Position numbers and translations under genes: made by a program. The notes beneath the pieces were generated by a model. That model was not told the DNA's origin. It did no database searches and saw only the letters and a program-made list of their open reading frames with translations. Below, piece by piece: positions 27,542-39,266 of a stretch of 64,000 nucleotides of DNA; the first letter of the stretch is position 1, and each line of letters starts with the position of its first letter. The DNA lies in the IMG/VR virus record IMGVR_UViG_3300025770_001492, positions 181,523 to 245,522 of that record, one strand, 5' to 3'.

Positions 27542-28170
27542 GCAGCTTGTTTCATTGCTTGAGCATATGAAATAATTGTTTCTGCATCCGTGTCTTCGGG
27601 TAAATGTTTCTCTAAGTTCATGACATGCTTTTTAAGACTCTCAATATCTACTACTGAAAACAAACCAAATGCATCTTCCATGTCTTTTGGTCTGCCTGTT
27701 GTGAGTTTCATAATCGCAAGCACAGACGGATCTGCTACTTTAAATTTTACTCCTCCAATGCTTGCCGTTTGAGATGTGTCCATTAAATATTTATTCAAAC
27801 CTGCGTTGCCAACATTTGCGTCTAAAAAGTCAGCATCTAACTCTGGTGCCTGTATTCCTCCAAAATCGTTTCCCGTAAGTGGAGCGTGAATCATGTTGTT
27901 TCTTCCAAGGGCTTCTTTGACTTTTTCTATATTATCTGTTAAAAAATCAACGTCAGTTTTATTTGGTCGATCTATATGATGATGGCTGTATGCCATACCT
28001 CCAATCAATACCCCAGATAGTTGGTTGTCTACTATAAATTGCATTGCACTTTGTGTTTTCTTCAAAGCGTCTGGATTTTGAATTGCCATCTCTTTGTATA
28101 AACTTTTTGAATCAAACAAAAAAGAAGTTGACAAATCTACTTGAGATTCTATAAAATTTCTAAAACTCAT
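27538..28170 (-). CDS. Nucleotidyltransferase (AbiEii/DUF6036-like) with capsid-targeting-like N-terminus
   Basis: LIGGMAY...RPNKTDVDFL and KLTTGRPKDMED; starts MSFRNFIES. Confidence 0.75.
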   Translation of the reverse strand: MSFRNFIESQVDLSTSFLFDSKSLYKEMAIQNPDALKKTQSAMQFIVDNQLSGVLIGGMAYSHHHIDRPNKTDVDFLTDNIEKVKEALGRNNMIHAPLTGNDFGGIQAPELDADFLDANVGNAGLNKYLMDTSQTASIGGVKFKVADPSVLAIMKLTTGRPKDMEDAFGLFSVVDIESLKKHVMNLEKHLPEDTDAETIISYAQAMKQAA

Positions 28171-28712
28171 TGTCCAAACTCATTTATCTTAAAATCGGGT
28201 TTCTTTTGAGTAACCTTGCCTTCTCCTGTTGTCGTAGATTCTTGGAATCTTTGACATAAGATTTGCAGACGAAGCGAACCCCATAGCTTGTATTCGCCTG
28301 TCATTCTTTGAACGATAACCCAGTCCTCACGCAAGTGGGGGGTATGTAATCTGGACCCTATTTTTGGAGGATGTCCGATCTGTCTGAGTACGGATTTATA
28401 ATTAAATTCAAACATCATCTCGTCGGGAGAGTCAAAACCAAACGCACTCATGTAATTCTGTGAAGGAATGGGTTCATATATCCCGTAAAGTTGTATAGGG
28501 TTGTTAGAGAAAATCTTTCCTCTATCTTCCCAATACAAAGGGTCAACAGTTCCAGACTGGATAAACACTTCATGATAAAGGATGGGAGATCCGCCCATGC
28601 GTATAATTTCCTCGTCCCACATGTTGAAAAGATCATGTTCTGGGTTTTCTGGGTCAAATTGTTGAATGTCTCCAACAGGCTTGTAAGGCGTTCCGTCTTG
28701 ATTTCTTAACAT
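28167..28712 (-). CDS. Neck/head-closure protein (T4 gp14-like)
   Basis: EIIRMGGSPILY, DPLYWED, FGFDSPDEM, PKIGSRL; start trimmed to MLRNQ. Confidence 0.8.
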   Translation of the reverse strand: MLRNQDGTPYKPVGDIQQFDPENPEHDLFNMWDEEIIRMGGSPILYHEVFIQSGTVDPLYWEDRGKIFSNNPIQLYGIYEPIPSQNYMSAFGFDSPDEMMFEFNYKSVLRQIGHPPKIGSRLHTPHLREDWVIVQRMTGEYKLWGSLRLQILCQRFQESTTTGEGKVTQKKPDFKINEFGQ

Positions 28713-28717
28713 GAAAG

Positions 28718-28723
28718 TATATA
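28718..28723. promoter_or_regulatory. Palindromic TATATA, candidate bidirectional late -10 box
   Basis: Exactly 5 nt from the ATG at 28712 (-) and 5 nt from the ATG at 28729 (+). Confidence 0.6.
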
Positions 28724-28728
28724 TGATT

Positions 28729-28950
28729 ATGAGTAGCAAAACAGTTCAAAGAAGAAGACACTTGGCAAAAGCTGTGACTTGGAGAATTATAGCCACGTCC
28801 ACAACGTTTGTAGTTAGCTGGATTTTTACCAACGATGTAAAATTTAGTGCAGGAATCGCAACTATAGATTCTTTTCTAAAGTTTTTCTTTTACTACTTTC
28901 ATGAAAGAACTTGGCTTAAGTCCAAGTGGGGCATTATAGAAAGGAAATGA
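28729..28950 (+). CDS. DUF2061 small membrane protein
   Basis: HLAKAVTWRIIAT...FYYFHERTW. Confidence 0.85.
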   Translation: MSSKTVQRRRHLAKAVTWRIIATSTTFVVSWIFTNDVKFSAGIATIDSFLKFFFYYFHERTWLKSKWGIIERK

Positions 28951-29336
28951 TCATGTTGACCCTTGGGTACTTTGCAATAGCTATACTTGCAATTAGTCAT
29001 TGGCTACAGGTCTGGAAAATTCACAAACACAAGGAAGTCAGAGATATATCTGTTTGGACTTATGTGTTTTTGCTTTGTGGATATTTCATACTGGCTACAA
29101 AAGCTTATTTAGACTATTCTCAAGGTAATGGCGACATTCTTTGGTTTTTTAGACAAATGGCCACCATTGCACCTGTTTCAATTGTGATATTCCAGATTCG
29201 GTTCCACAGGAAAGATCGCTGGCATGACGATCTAGACCCATATTGTGCTGGTTGCGGGCAAGAAATGGAACTAGATTGGGAACATTGCCCTTGGTGCTCT
29301 TGTAGCGACAGGCATCGCATCAAGATTAAGTCTTAG
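28947..29336 (+). CDS. PQ-loop/SemiSWEET-like membrane protein with C-terminal zinc ribbon
   Basis: WLQVWKIHKHKEVRDIS, three TM segments, CAGC...CPWC. Confidence 0.65.
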   Translation: MIMLTLGYFAIAILAISHWLQVWKIHKHKEVRDISVWTYVFLLCGYFILATKAYLDYSQGNGDILWFFRQMATIAPVSIVIFQIRFHRKDRWHDDLDPYCAGCGQEMELDWEHCPWCSCSDRHRIKIKS

Positions 29337-29338
29337 GC

Positions 29339-30478
29339 TTACATGTAGCGATAGTCTGGCAACTTATCCGACATGCTCAATGCTTGTGCAATTACTTGGT
29401 GCATGTCATAATACATATAGCTCCCAAGGCGACCCCCAAGAATAATGTTGCTTTCTTTAGCTTGCTTTTTGTATTTTTCATATATTTTAACATTCTTAGA
29501 ATCCCTCACAGGATAATATGGAGTTTTACTTTTGTCATATGTGTCTGGGTATTCATGAGTGATTACACTTTTTTTACTTTCTTTAAATTCGAAATGTTTG
29601 TGTTCAACAATTCTTGTATAAGGGATGTCCTCATCTGTGTAATTCATAACAGAGCACCCTTGAAAGTTTCCGTTCTTTGCAAATTGGTTGTTATTTCCGA
29701 ATTCCGAAACAATTTCATGAGAAAACTTTAAAGATCTGTATTCCAACTCTCCATGTCTATAGTCAAAAAGTTTATCAGGCATTCCTGTGAATATTATTTT
29801 CTTTGCAGCAGAATCTAATTCTTTTCTGTTCTCAAAGTAATCTACATTTGTTTGAATTTCAATTTTTTCATGATCAATCATGTTTTCAAACATGGCAGTA
29901 TATCCATTGGATGGTATGCCTTGATACTTGTCGTTGAAATACCTGTCGTCATAGTTTAAACGAATTGGTAGTCTTTTTATTATGAAACTAGGAAGTTCTG
30001 AAGGTGGTCTTCCCCACTGTTTGGTTGTATATCCCTTTACAAATTTTTCGTATAATTCTTCCCCCACCTGAGAAAGAATCCAATCTTCTAAGTTTGGATT
30101 AGATTTGCTGCAAGGGATTTTAACCTCTTCCAACCGTTCAGCCGCTGCTCCAGGAGTTTGAACTCCCCAAAGCTGATTTAAAGTTAGAAGGTTAATTGGA
30201 AATGAAAAGACTTGTCCATTTGACTTAACTCTTCCGTGATGTTGATATCCGTTAAATTCAGAGAATCTATTTACAAATTTCCAAACCTTATTGTTGTTGG
30301 TGTGGAATATATGAGGGCCATATTTGTGAACATTAATTCCTTCAATGTTTTCAGTGTAGCAATTACCGCCAATATGATTTCTTTTGTCTATTACTAAAGA
30401 TGAATGCCCCCTCTCCGCAGCATTTCTTGCGAACACACTTCCAAATAAACCAGATCCTATAATTAAAAAGTCATACAT
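29339..30478 (-). CDS. glf: UDP-galactopyranose mutase
   Basis: GSGLFG, HIGGNCY, YGPHIFHT, YTTKQWG, YQGIP, PYYP, GRLGSYMYYDMHQ. Confidence 0.96.
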   Translation of the reverse strand: MYDFLIIGSGLFGSVFARNAAERGHSSLVIDKRNHIGGNCYTENIEGINVHKYGPHIFHTNNNKVWKFVNRFSEFNGYQHHGRVKSNGQVFSFPINLLTLNQLWGVQTPGAAAERLEEVKIPCSKSNPNLEDWILSQVGEELYEKFVKGYTTKQWGRPPSELPSFIIKRLPIRLNYDDRYFNDKYQGIPSNGYTAMFENMIDHEKIEIQTNVDYFENRKELDSAAKKIIFTGMPDKLFDYRHGELEYRSLKFSHEIVSEFGNNNQFAKNGNFQGCSVMNYTDEDIPYTRIVEHKHFEFKESKKSVITHEYPDTYDKSKTPYYPVRDSKNVKIYEKYKKQAKESNIILGGRLGSYMYYDMHQVIAQALSMSDKLPDYRYM

Positions 30479-30503
30479 ATTTTTATTTTAGCCAAATTAA
30501 AAA

Positions 30504-30534
30504 AAAAGACAACAGCTTTTGGCTGTTGTCTTTT
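30504..30534. terminator. Intrinsic terminator
   Basis: aaaagacaacagc...gctgttgtctttt. Confidence 0.8.
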
Positions 30535-30563
30535 GTGTCAATATCCTTTGCAATTTTTCTTAA

Positions 30564-30962
30564 TCAATCTAATGTGATTTTTGATGTGATTGCAATTGTT
30601 CCTCCACCGGAAGGTAGAGTAAACGGTGCTCCTGAAAACTCCTCAAGCCAAAGCAAGTTGTCCGATGTATCAGTTACATAATAACCATACAATGATGCTC
30701 CGGTAGTGAATGCAAATGTCTGCTCTGAATACTCAGCAGTTGTGACTCCGCCAGACTGAACAGTTGTCCAACTTCCCCCTGTCAGAGTGATGGCAGCATA
30801 TCCTGCTGCGGAGGCTTCAGTAATATCAGCAATCGTGACTGAATCAGTAATTGTCAAGTCAGTATTGTTATACAAGTGTAAAACAGGATCAGTTGCTGGA
30901 GTCATGTTTACGATATATTGAAGCAATAGGATTTCACCTTCGTCTGGTGCTACTAGTGGCAT
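30564..30962 (-). CDS. Probable virion structural (tail/baseplate) beta protein
   Basis: LHLYNN, EASAAGYAAITL, EQTF, YGYYVT; pattern typical of phage minor tail proteins. Confidence 0.55.
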   Translation of the reverse strand: MPLVAPDEGEILLLQYIVNMTPATDPVLHLYNNTDLTITDSVTIADITEASAAGYAAITLTGGSWTTVQSGGVTTAEYSEQTFAFTTGASLYGYYVTDTSDNLLWLEEFSGAPFTLPSGGGTIAITSKITLD

Positions 30963-31030
30963 AATTTTTACCTCATTAAAAAAGATTTATACAAAGGTAT
31001 CTAAGCAACAAAAATTATTTTTTTAACACT

Positions 31031-31063
31031 ATAATACTTTGACAAAAATAATACTTTGACAAA
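31031..31063 (+). repeat. Perfect 16-nt direct repeat ATAATACTTTGACAAA x2
   Basis: 31031-31046 and 31048-31063, just before the HTH gene. Confidence 0.85.
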
Positions 31064-31067
31064 TTAT

Positions 31068-31406
31068 ATGAGAAAATCAAAACCACATCGAGAAGAGCTT
31101 GATAAATATGCCGATGACATAAAAGGAGCGGCGTTGAAATGGGGCGTAAGTGAACGCACCATTAGAAGGTGGCTTCAGAGTTATGGTTCATATCGTCCTC
31201 GAAAAGGTTATGGACCTGGAAAGTTAGATAAATTTGAGGTTGTTAAAATTAGAGATCTAATTAAAACCCATACCCAAACTGAAATAGCAGGCATGTTTGG
31301 GGTATCACAAGCTACCGTTGGAAGAGTGGTGAACAACATTTCCCATTCAACAGACATGAGGCTAAAAGGAAAAGCAGACGTTAAATTTTTCATTAAACCA
31401 ACTTAA
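31068..31406 (+). CDS. Double helix-turn-helix DNA-binding protein
   Basis: AALKWGVSERTIRRWL and TQTEIAGMFGVSQATVGRVV. Confidence 0.8.
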   Translation: MRKSKPHREELDKYADDIKGAALKWGVSERTIRRWLQSYGSYRPRKGYGPGKLDKFEVVKIRDLIKTHTQTEIAGMFGVSQATVGRVVNNISHSTDMRLKGKADVKFFIKPT

Positions 31407-31413
31407 ATACATC

Positions 31414-32064
31414 ATGGCAATTAAAAACAAAGACGGAACAGTATACAAGCTTCAAGAACCAAATCCTTTGACTAAAGATCAAGAGTGGGATTTGTTGGAG
31501 TCCGATTTTGTCTTTCACAATTTCGACTGGGCTAGTAAGACGATAGCAAACGACTCATTGTCTTCTGGATTAAATAGTGATTTCAACGTGAAGGATTCAG
31601 TTATATCAGATTTTCCTGAAATAAAAGTTGAACCCAAGCCAGAGGTTGTACTAAAAGAGCCAGAGCCAGAGGTTGTACTAAAAGATCCAGAGCCTCTGAA
31701 TCCTGAGCCGAAGATTGAAAGTAATCCAAAAACAAAAGCTAAATTAAAAAACGTAGTATTAATGCATTGCTCCCCAGCAGAGATCAGAGAAAGACAAGAC
31801 GAATTGTATGGCGATACTTATAAGAGCATACAATATGGTGAGAAATTCACTTTTGAGGCTGTTATTGTAGAAAGGAATGATTTGTATATGAGATTTTGGA
31901 CTAATATTAAACTCTCTGAAGGATCTGTTGTCTTTCCTTCAAAATATAGAGATGGAGTCAAGTTTGGTGAGCACCGTTGGTGGAGGGTGAACCAACTTGT
32001 CGAAAAATCTGGCGGACACCTAACACAAGCGGTAGTGTCTGACTATCATCCTGATTTTACTTAG
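31414..32064 (+). CDS. Hypothetical, probably late/structural protein
   Basis: TAAATA 4 nt before ATG; PEPEVVLK linker repeat. Confidence 0.6.
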   Translation: MAIKNKDGTVYKLQEPNPLTKDQEWDLLESDFVFHNFDWASKTIANDSLSSGLNSDFNVKDSVISDFPEIKVEPKPEVVLKEPEPEVVLKDPEPLNPEPKIESNPKTKAKLKNVVLMHCSPAEIRERQDELYGDTYKSIQYGEKFTFEAVIVERNDLYMRFWTNIKLSEGSVVFPSKYRDGVKFGEHRWWRVNQLVEKSGGHLTQAVVSDYHPDFT

Positions 32065-32375
32065 TCTGGGAATATTTTAGGCGAGTTATCTTTCTTTTCT
32101 GGAGATATGGGTGAAGTAATATTCACGTCTAGTCCCATTTTCTCGAATTGTTCTTTTTGTTGCTCTAAGGCTGTGCTGAATCCTTTTTCATAAACATCAA
32201 CAATTAACTGCCCAAACGCTTGATAGTCTTTTTCCGACATTATAGTGTCAGACACTCTGGTTATAATGTCTTCATTTCTAGAATATCTTTCCTGAAGCAT
32301 TTCGAACATATATTTTTTAATCCCCCAGCTTAGTGGGTTGCTTAAATTTCTTAACCAGTTTGCTCCAAGTGACAT
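32061..32375 (-). CDS. Hypothetical protein
   Basis: 104-aa ORF coupled through a TAATG overlap. Confidence 0.6.
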   Translation of the reverse strand: MSLGANWLRNLSNPLSWGIKKYMFEMLQERYSRNEDIITRVSDTIMSEKDYQAFGQLIVDVYEKGFSTALEQQKEQFEKMGLDVNITSPISPEKKDNSPKIFPD

Positions 32376-32544
32376 TATTTTTTATTCCTCTTTTTCTTTT
32401 TCTTTTTCTTACCAAATACAAGCTTGCCGCTGCCGCCTAATCCAGAAGTGTCTCCTGGAGCACCCCAGTAATTAAAAGTATCTGTCTTTTTTCTTTTAGG
32501 ATTTGTACCTGCAACTATTTCGCCTTCTATCCACTTTCTAAAGT

Positions 32545-32548
<4 letters not shown>
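32375..32548 (-). CDS. 57-aa basic peptide with capsid-targeting-like N-terminus (not in ORF track)
   Basis: GTG start: MNFRKWIEGE...FGKKKKKKKRNKK; overlaps both neighbours. Confidence 0.7.
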
Positions 32549-35532
<2,984 letters not shown>

Positions 35533-35583
35533 TTTGATTCCTTAATTTCATTTTAATTAGGCATTAATCTATATACCAACGTT

Positions 35584-36477
35584 ATGAGTAATTGTAGTAA
35601 TAATACTTTAGTTATTGGTCGTCCAACCAAAAATGCTATGGCGTCAACCCAGTGTTCTTCTGCTTGTTCCGATTTAGGACATGTAGACCCTTTGAATAAG
35701 AACGAATTGGGTCCACGTAAAAATAGGGACAAAGTCAGAGAACAAATTAGGGATTACATCCTCCACATGATGGGTGCGCCTGCTATTAAGCTTGAGTGTG
35801 ACGAGCAAAATGTAGATTTTGCTATAGATCAAGCTTTAAAAATAGTAGAGGATTACGCTCCAAGAGAGTTTTTTAGTTATTATGTGTTTTTAACTACGCC
35901 CGGAAAAAGTGTTTATGAGATGCCGCCTGATGTAGGGTATGTCAGAAATGTATTTTACAAAGAGCAAGGAACATTCGGGTTTCAGGCATCTGATTTAGAC
36001 GGCGCAATACCTATTGAATACTTTTATCCTGGCGGTAGCTACGCATCTATCCAAGGCGGACTAATTGATCCCATCCAGCCAATTTGGGGACGAATGGGAG
36101 AGTGGGTTTTATACAAACAGTACGAACAGATGTACTCAAGAACAAGTTCGAATTTAGGAGGCTGGGAGTGGGTTGGAGGATATAGAAATATTAAACTTTA
36201 CCCAATTCCTTACAAATCCTCGCAAGTTATTGTTCATTACATGGAAAAGTGTAAAGACTGGCAAGAGGTTACTCAAGCAATGCAAGAAGGTGCTTTAACC
36301 TATCTTAAAGAAATAGTAGGCAGAATAAGGTCTAAATATCCAGCACCTCCTGGACCTGGTGGCGGTATGCAATTGGATGGACAGTCTCTCATTCAAGAGG
36401 CAAGAGAAGATCGCCAAAAATGGTTTGAAGATTTAATTTACAAATTTGGAGACATACTCCCAATTAATTTGGATTGA
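35584..36477 (+). CDS. Neck/adaptor protein (T4 gp13-like)
   Basis: MGAPAIKLECDEQNVDFAIDQAL; PGPGGGMQLDGQSL. Confidence 0.85.
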   Translation: MSNCSNNTLVIGRPTKNAMASTQCSSACSDLGHVDPLNKNELGPRKNRDKVREQIRDYILHMMGAPAIKLECDEQNVDFAIDQALKIVEDYAPREFFSYYVFLTTPGKSVYEMPPDVGYVRNVFYKEQGTFGFQASDLDGAIPIEYFYPGGSYASIQGGLIDPIQPIWGRMGEWVLYKQYEQMYSRTSSNLGGWEWVGGYRNIKLYPIPYKSSQVIVHYMEKCKDWQEVTQAMQEGALTYLKEIVGRIRSKYPAPPGPGGGMQLDGQSLIQEAREDRQKWFEDLIYKFGDILPINLD

Positions 36478-36992
36478 TAAATATGGATTTTAAAAATTGG
36501 TTAAAACTGGAAAGTATTGACGAGAACACTTCCTTATCTGAGTGGTTTGAGAGCAACCTGTCGGAAGCAAAAGGAACCAGATATAGTGTAGAAGTCAACT
36601 ACAGGAGCAAAGCATCAGAAGCTTTGGACGCCTTTGCTAAGATTGCACTAGGTTATGTGAGTGCAGCTATGAAGAAAAACGATTACCACGTTAAGCATGT
36701 GTTTGATGAAAATCCAATGAGAATATTGGTGTCAAGTAGAAACTGGGACGATGGTGAATGGGTAGGTGTAGTTCACTTTAACCCAGATCACGGGTGTTTT
36801 GTTATATCTAAGAGCTTTTACAATAAATTAAGAAAGACAGTTTCCTTAAAAGGAAGTAAAAAATGCAGCGGAGACTCTGCGTCTGAAATAGCAAAAGATT
36901 TAAAGAATCTAATGCATTCTTTAAAAGATAAACCCGATAGACATAAAGAAAAGCTAAAGAGCGTTCCTTTGAAGCGTGGGCCTAAAAGATAA
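36474..36992 (+). CDS. Hypothetical protein with capsid-targeting-like N-terminus
   Basis: MDFKNWLKLESIDE...LSE...LSE. Confidence 0.65.
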   Translation: MINMDFKNWLKLESIDENTSLSEWFESNLSEAKGTRYSVEVNYRSKASEALDAFAKIALGYVSAAMKKNDYHVKHVFDENPMRILVSSRNWDDGEWVGVVHFNPDHGCFVISKSFYNKLRKTVSLKGSKKCSGDSASEIAKDLKNLMHSLKDKPDRHKEKLKSVPLKRGPKR

Positions 36993-37417
36993 TGCATATT
37001 TCGTTTATCAATTGGCTAGAGAACAGAAAATTGGATAACAGGGACACAGAGAAAACTGCTGGAATATTTTTTACTAATGGCAAAAAGGTTTTATTGCTTC
37101 AAAAACCAAACAAGAAGTGGCAATTGCCTGGGGGTCATGGAAAAAAAGGAGAAACCGCTCATGAAACCGCAAAAAGAGAATGTCTAGAAGAATGCGGAAG
37201 TGTAGAGGGTAAAAGTTTAGGATCAATAAAAAACGACAACTGGACTGCCTTCTTCTATAAAGTTGAAAAACTTTTTGACTGCAATTTAAGCGATGAGCAC
37301 ATAGACTGGGAATGGACTGACTTGGACAAGATCAAAGATATCAATTTGACAAAAAAGTTTAAAATCAATTTAGAAGAACATTTGAAATTTTTAAAATCCT
37401 TGAGAGAACGCTTTTGA
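36992..37417 (+). CDS. Nudix hydrolase
   Basis: GGHGKKGETAHETAKRECLEECG; starts MHISFINWLEN. Confidence 0.92.
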   Translation: MHISFINWLENRKLDNRDTEKTAGIFFTNGKKVLLLQKPNKKWQLPGGHGKKGETAHETAKRECLEECGSVEGKSLGSIKNDNWTAFFYKVEKLFDCNLSDEHIDWEWTDLDKIKDINLTKKFKINLEEHLKFLKSLRERF

Positions 37418-38008
37418 TGGAACCTGCTTTAGCTCAGGTATTCGAACAGCAATGTTATTCCAGTTTGTTTTGACCCAATTCATAAACTTGGCCTCAGCTT
37501 GTCTTGGTCCTGTTTCGTCTGTTCTTCCGAGAGTTTGTCTCTCTAATTCGTGTGTTGCTTCATGAACTATTGTGCTTGCTATTTCTAAAATAGCTTCAAG
37601 ACTATCTCCATGTTCCTGAACATGCCTTCTTATGTTGACCCGAATAGTGTCAGACGGATTGATTTGATTTAGATCTATGTCTGGAACATATTGCTTAATT
37701 ACCACATTGGGAATGCTATTTATTTTATTTGAATTCATCACATCGTCTCCAAATCTCATTCTTAATTTGTTTAGGACGGAAGATCCAATTTGTTTTTTAT
37801 CTTCAGAAGATGTATAAAGCCCATAAGCTCCAGAGTTCAGCGTTGCTATTGTGCTTATGTTTGCCAGCAAAGACTGATTAGTCATTGAATCGTACATCCT
37901 GACCAGTTTTACAGCATATTTAGCTTTGTCATAGGCTGCATCTATCTGAGATTCGTCAACATCTTCGGTGCCTATTGTGTTTAATTCGAGCCAATTTTTA
38001 AAATTCAT
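37391..38008 (-). CDS. HExxH zincin-like metallopeptidase with capsid-targeting-like N-terminus
   Basis: TIVHEATHELE...QAEAK; starts MNFKNWLELN; TAAATA 5 nt upstream. Confidence 0.65.
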   Translation of the reverse strand: MNFKNWLELNTIGTEDVDESQIDAAYDKAKYAVKLVRMYDSMTNQSLLANISTIATLNSGAYGLYTSSEDKKQIGSSVLNKLRMRFGDDVMNSNKINSIPNVVIKQYVPDIDLNQINPSDTIRVNIRRHVQEHGDSLEAILEIASTIVHEATHELERQTLGRTDETGPRQAEAKFMNWVKTNWNNIAVRIPELKQVPSKAFSQGF

Positions 38009-38016
38009 ATAATTAT

Positions 38017-38511
38017 TTATGAATCAAGCCACAAATTTATAGAATTTATAGTTCGAGTATTTAAGCCTGCTTTTTTAAAATCATCTTCACTCGTGAAGCG
38101 ATCACTTTCTAAAAAAGACAACAAGATGTCACAGGTTTTTCTTCCTACGCCTTTAATTGACAATATCTCTTCTTCTGTGGCTTCGTTTATCTTGGCAAAT
38201 CTGTAAGAAGTTTTCCCACATCTATCCACTTGGACATCCGGTTCCAAATCAAAATCGTGAGCCTCTTCAGTTCTGCACTTAATACAAGTTGCGTTTCTTT
38301 CGCCATTTGGATCATTATCGACGTGTGGCATATACGGTTCGTTACAGCCTATGCATCGATCCTTAATCATTGGGTTTTCGCAATTTTCATAAAGCCCAAG
38401 TTCCTGAGCTTGCTTGACTAGCTCATCCAACGCCTTCGATGCTTCGGGATTGCTTACAATCTTGTCTGCTCTTTTTCCCGCTCTAAAATCCTTCCAATTC
38501 AACAAAGCCAT
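38017..38511 (-). CDS. Zinc-finger plus helix-hairpin-helix protein
   Basis: CIGC...CIKC; ILSIKGVGRKTCDIL. Confidence 0.7.
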   Translation of the reverse strand: MALLNWKDFRAGKRADKIVSNPEASKALDELVKQAQELGLYENCENPMIKDRCIGCNEPYMPHVDNDPNGERNATCIKCRTEEAHDFDLEPDVQVDRCGKTSYRFAKINEATEEEILSIKGVGRKTCDILLSFLESDRFTSEDDFKKAGLNTRTINSINLWLDS

Positions 38512-38512
38512 A

Positions 38513-39256
38513 TTATTCTCCCTTTTGAAGTGATGCTATCTTGTTCGCAGCATTCAAATAGCCTTCAAAACATTCACCACAGTCGGCCCACCATCCGTCA
38601 ATTTTGTAGGCTTTCAATTGATCTCTTTTTAAGTAATAATTATTGACATCTGTGATCTCTAGCTCTCCACGATTACTGGGCTTTAGTCTGTCTATTAAAG
38701 ACCAAACCTCAGAGTCGTACATGTAGAGACCTGTGGCGATTAAATTTGACTTTGGTTGACTTGGTTTCTCTTCGATGGTTGCAACTTTACCATTTTCGCC
38801 CATCTCCACAACGCCGTAATGTTGTGGATTCTCAACCTCGGTCAAAAATACTCTGGCTCCTGATGGATCATTCGAAAACTCAGAGACTTGCTTTGAAAAG
38901 TCATTTTCGAATACGTTGTCGGCTAGTATCACACACATAGGGTCGTTGCCAACAAATTCACGAGCAAGCCCAAGTGCGTGAGCAATTCCATTGGCTTCTT
39001 GTTGGTATGTGTAGTGAAGTCGTTTTAGGCCGAATTCTTCTCCATTGCCCAATATTCGAAGAAATTCACCCGCAGAATTACCACCACATACTAACAGGAT
39101 GTCATCAATTCCCGAATCAACCAATGATTGTATTGGATAATATATCATTGGTTTGTTATAAACTGGGAGCAAGCACTTGTTCGTTACATGGGTCAAAGGC
39201 CACAATCTCGTTCCTAAGCCGCCAGCTAGAATTACACCCTTCATATTTTTCTCCAT
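38513..39256 (-). CDS. rmlA: Glucose-1-phosphate thymidylyltransferase (short sugar-phosphate nucleotidyltransferase)
   Basis: GVILAGGLGTRLWPLT, KCLLPVYNKPMIYY, EEKP, SNRGELEITD. Confidence 0.9.
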   Translation of the reverse strand: MEKNMKGVILAGGLGTRLWPLTHVTNKCLLPVYNKPMIYYPIQSLVDSGIDDILLVCGGNSAGEFLRILGNGEEFGLKRLHYTYQQEANGIAHALGLAREFVGNDPMCVILADNVFENDFSKQVSEFSNDPSGARVFLTEVENPQHYGVVEMGENGKVATIEEKPSQPKSNLIATGLYMYDSEVWSLIDRLKPSNRGELEITDVNNYYLKRDQLKAYKIDGWWADCGECFEGYLNAANKIASLQKGE

Positions 39257-39266
39257 TGTAGATATA

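Noticed and set aside
27538-28170. Type IV toxin-antitoxin (AbiE) module
   Set aside because: No adjacent antitoxin-like gene; the neighbours are a neck gene and a convergent ORF
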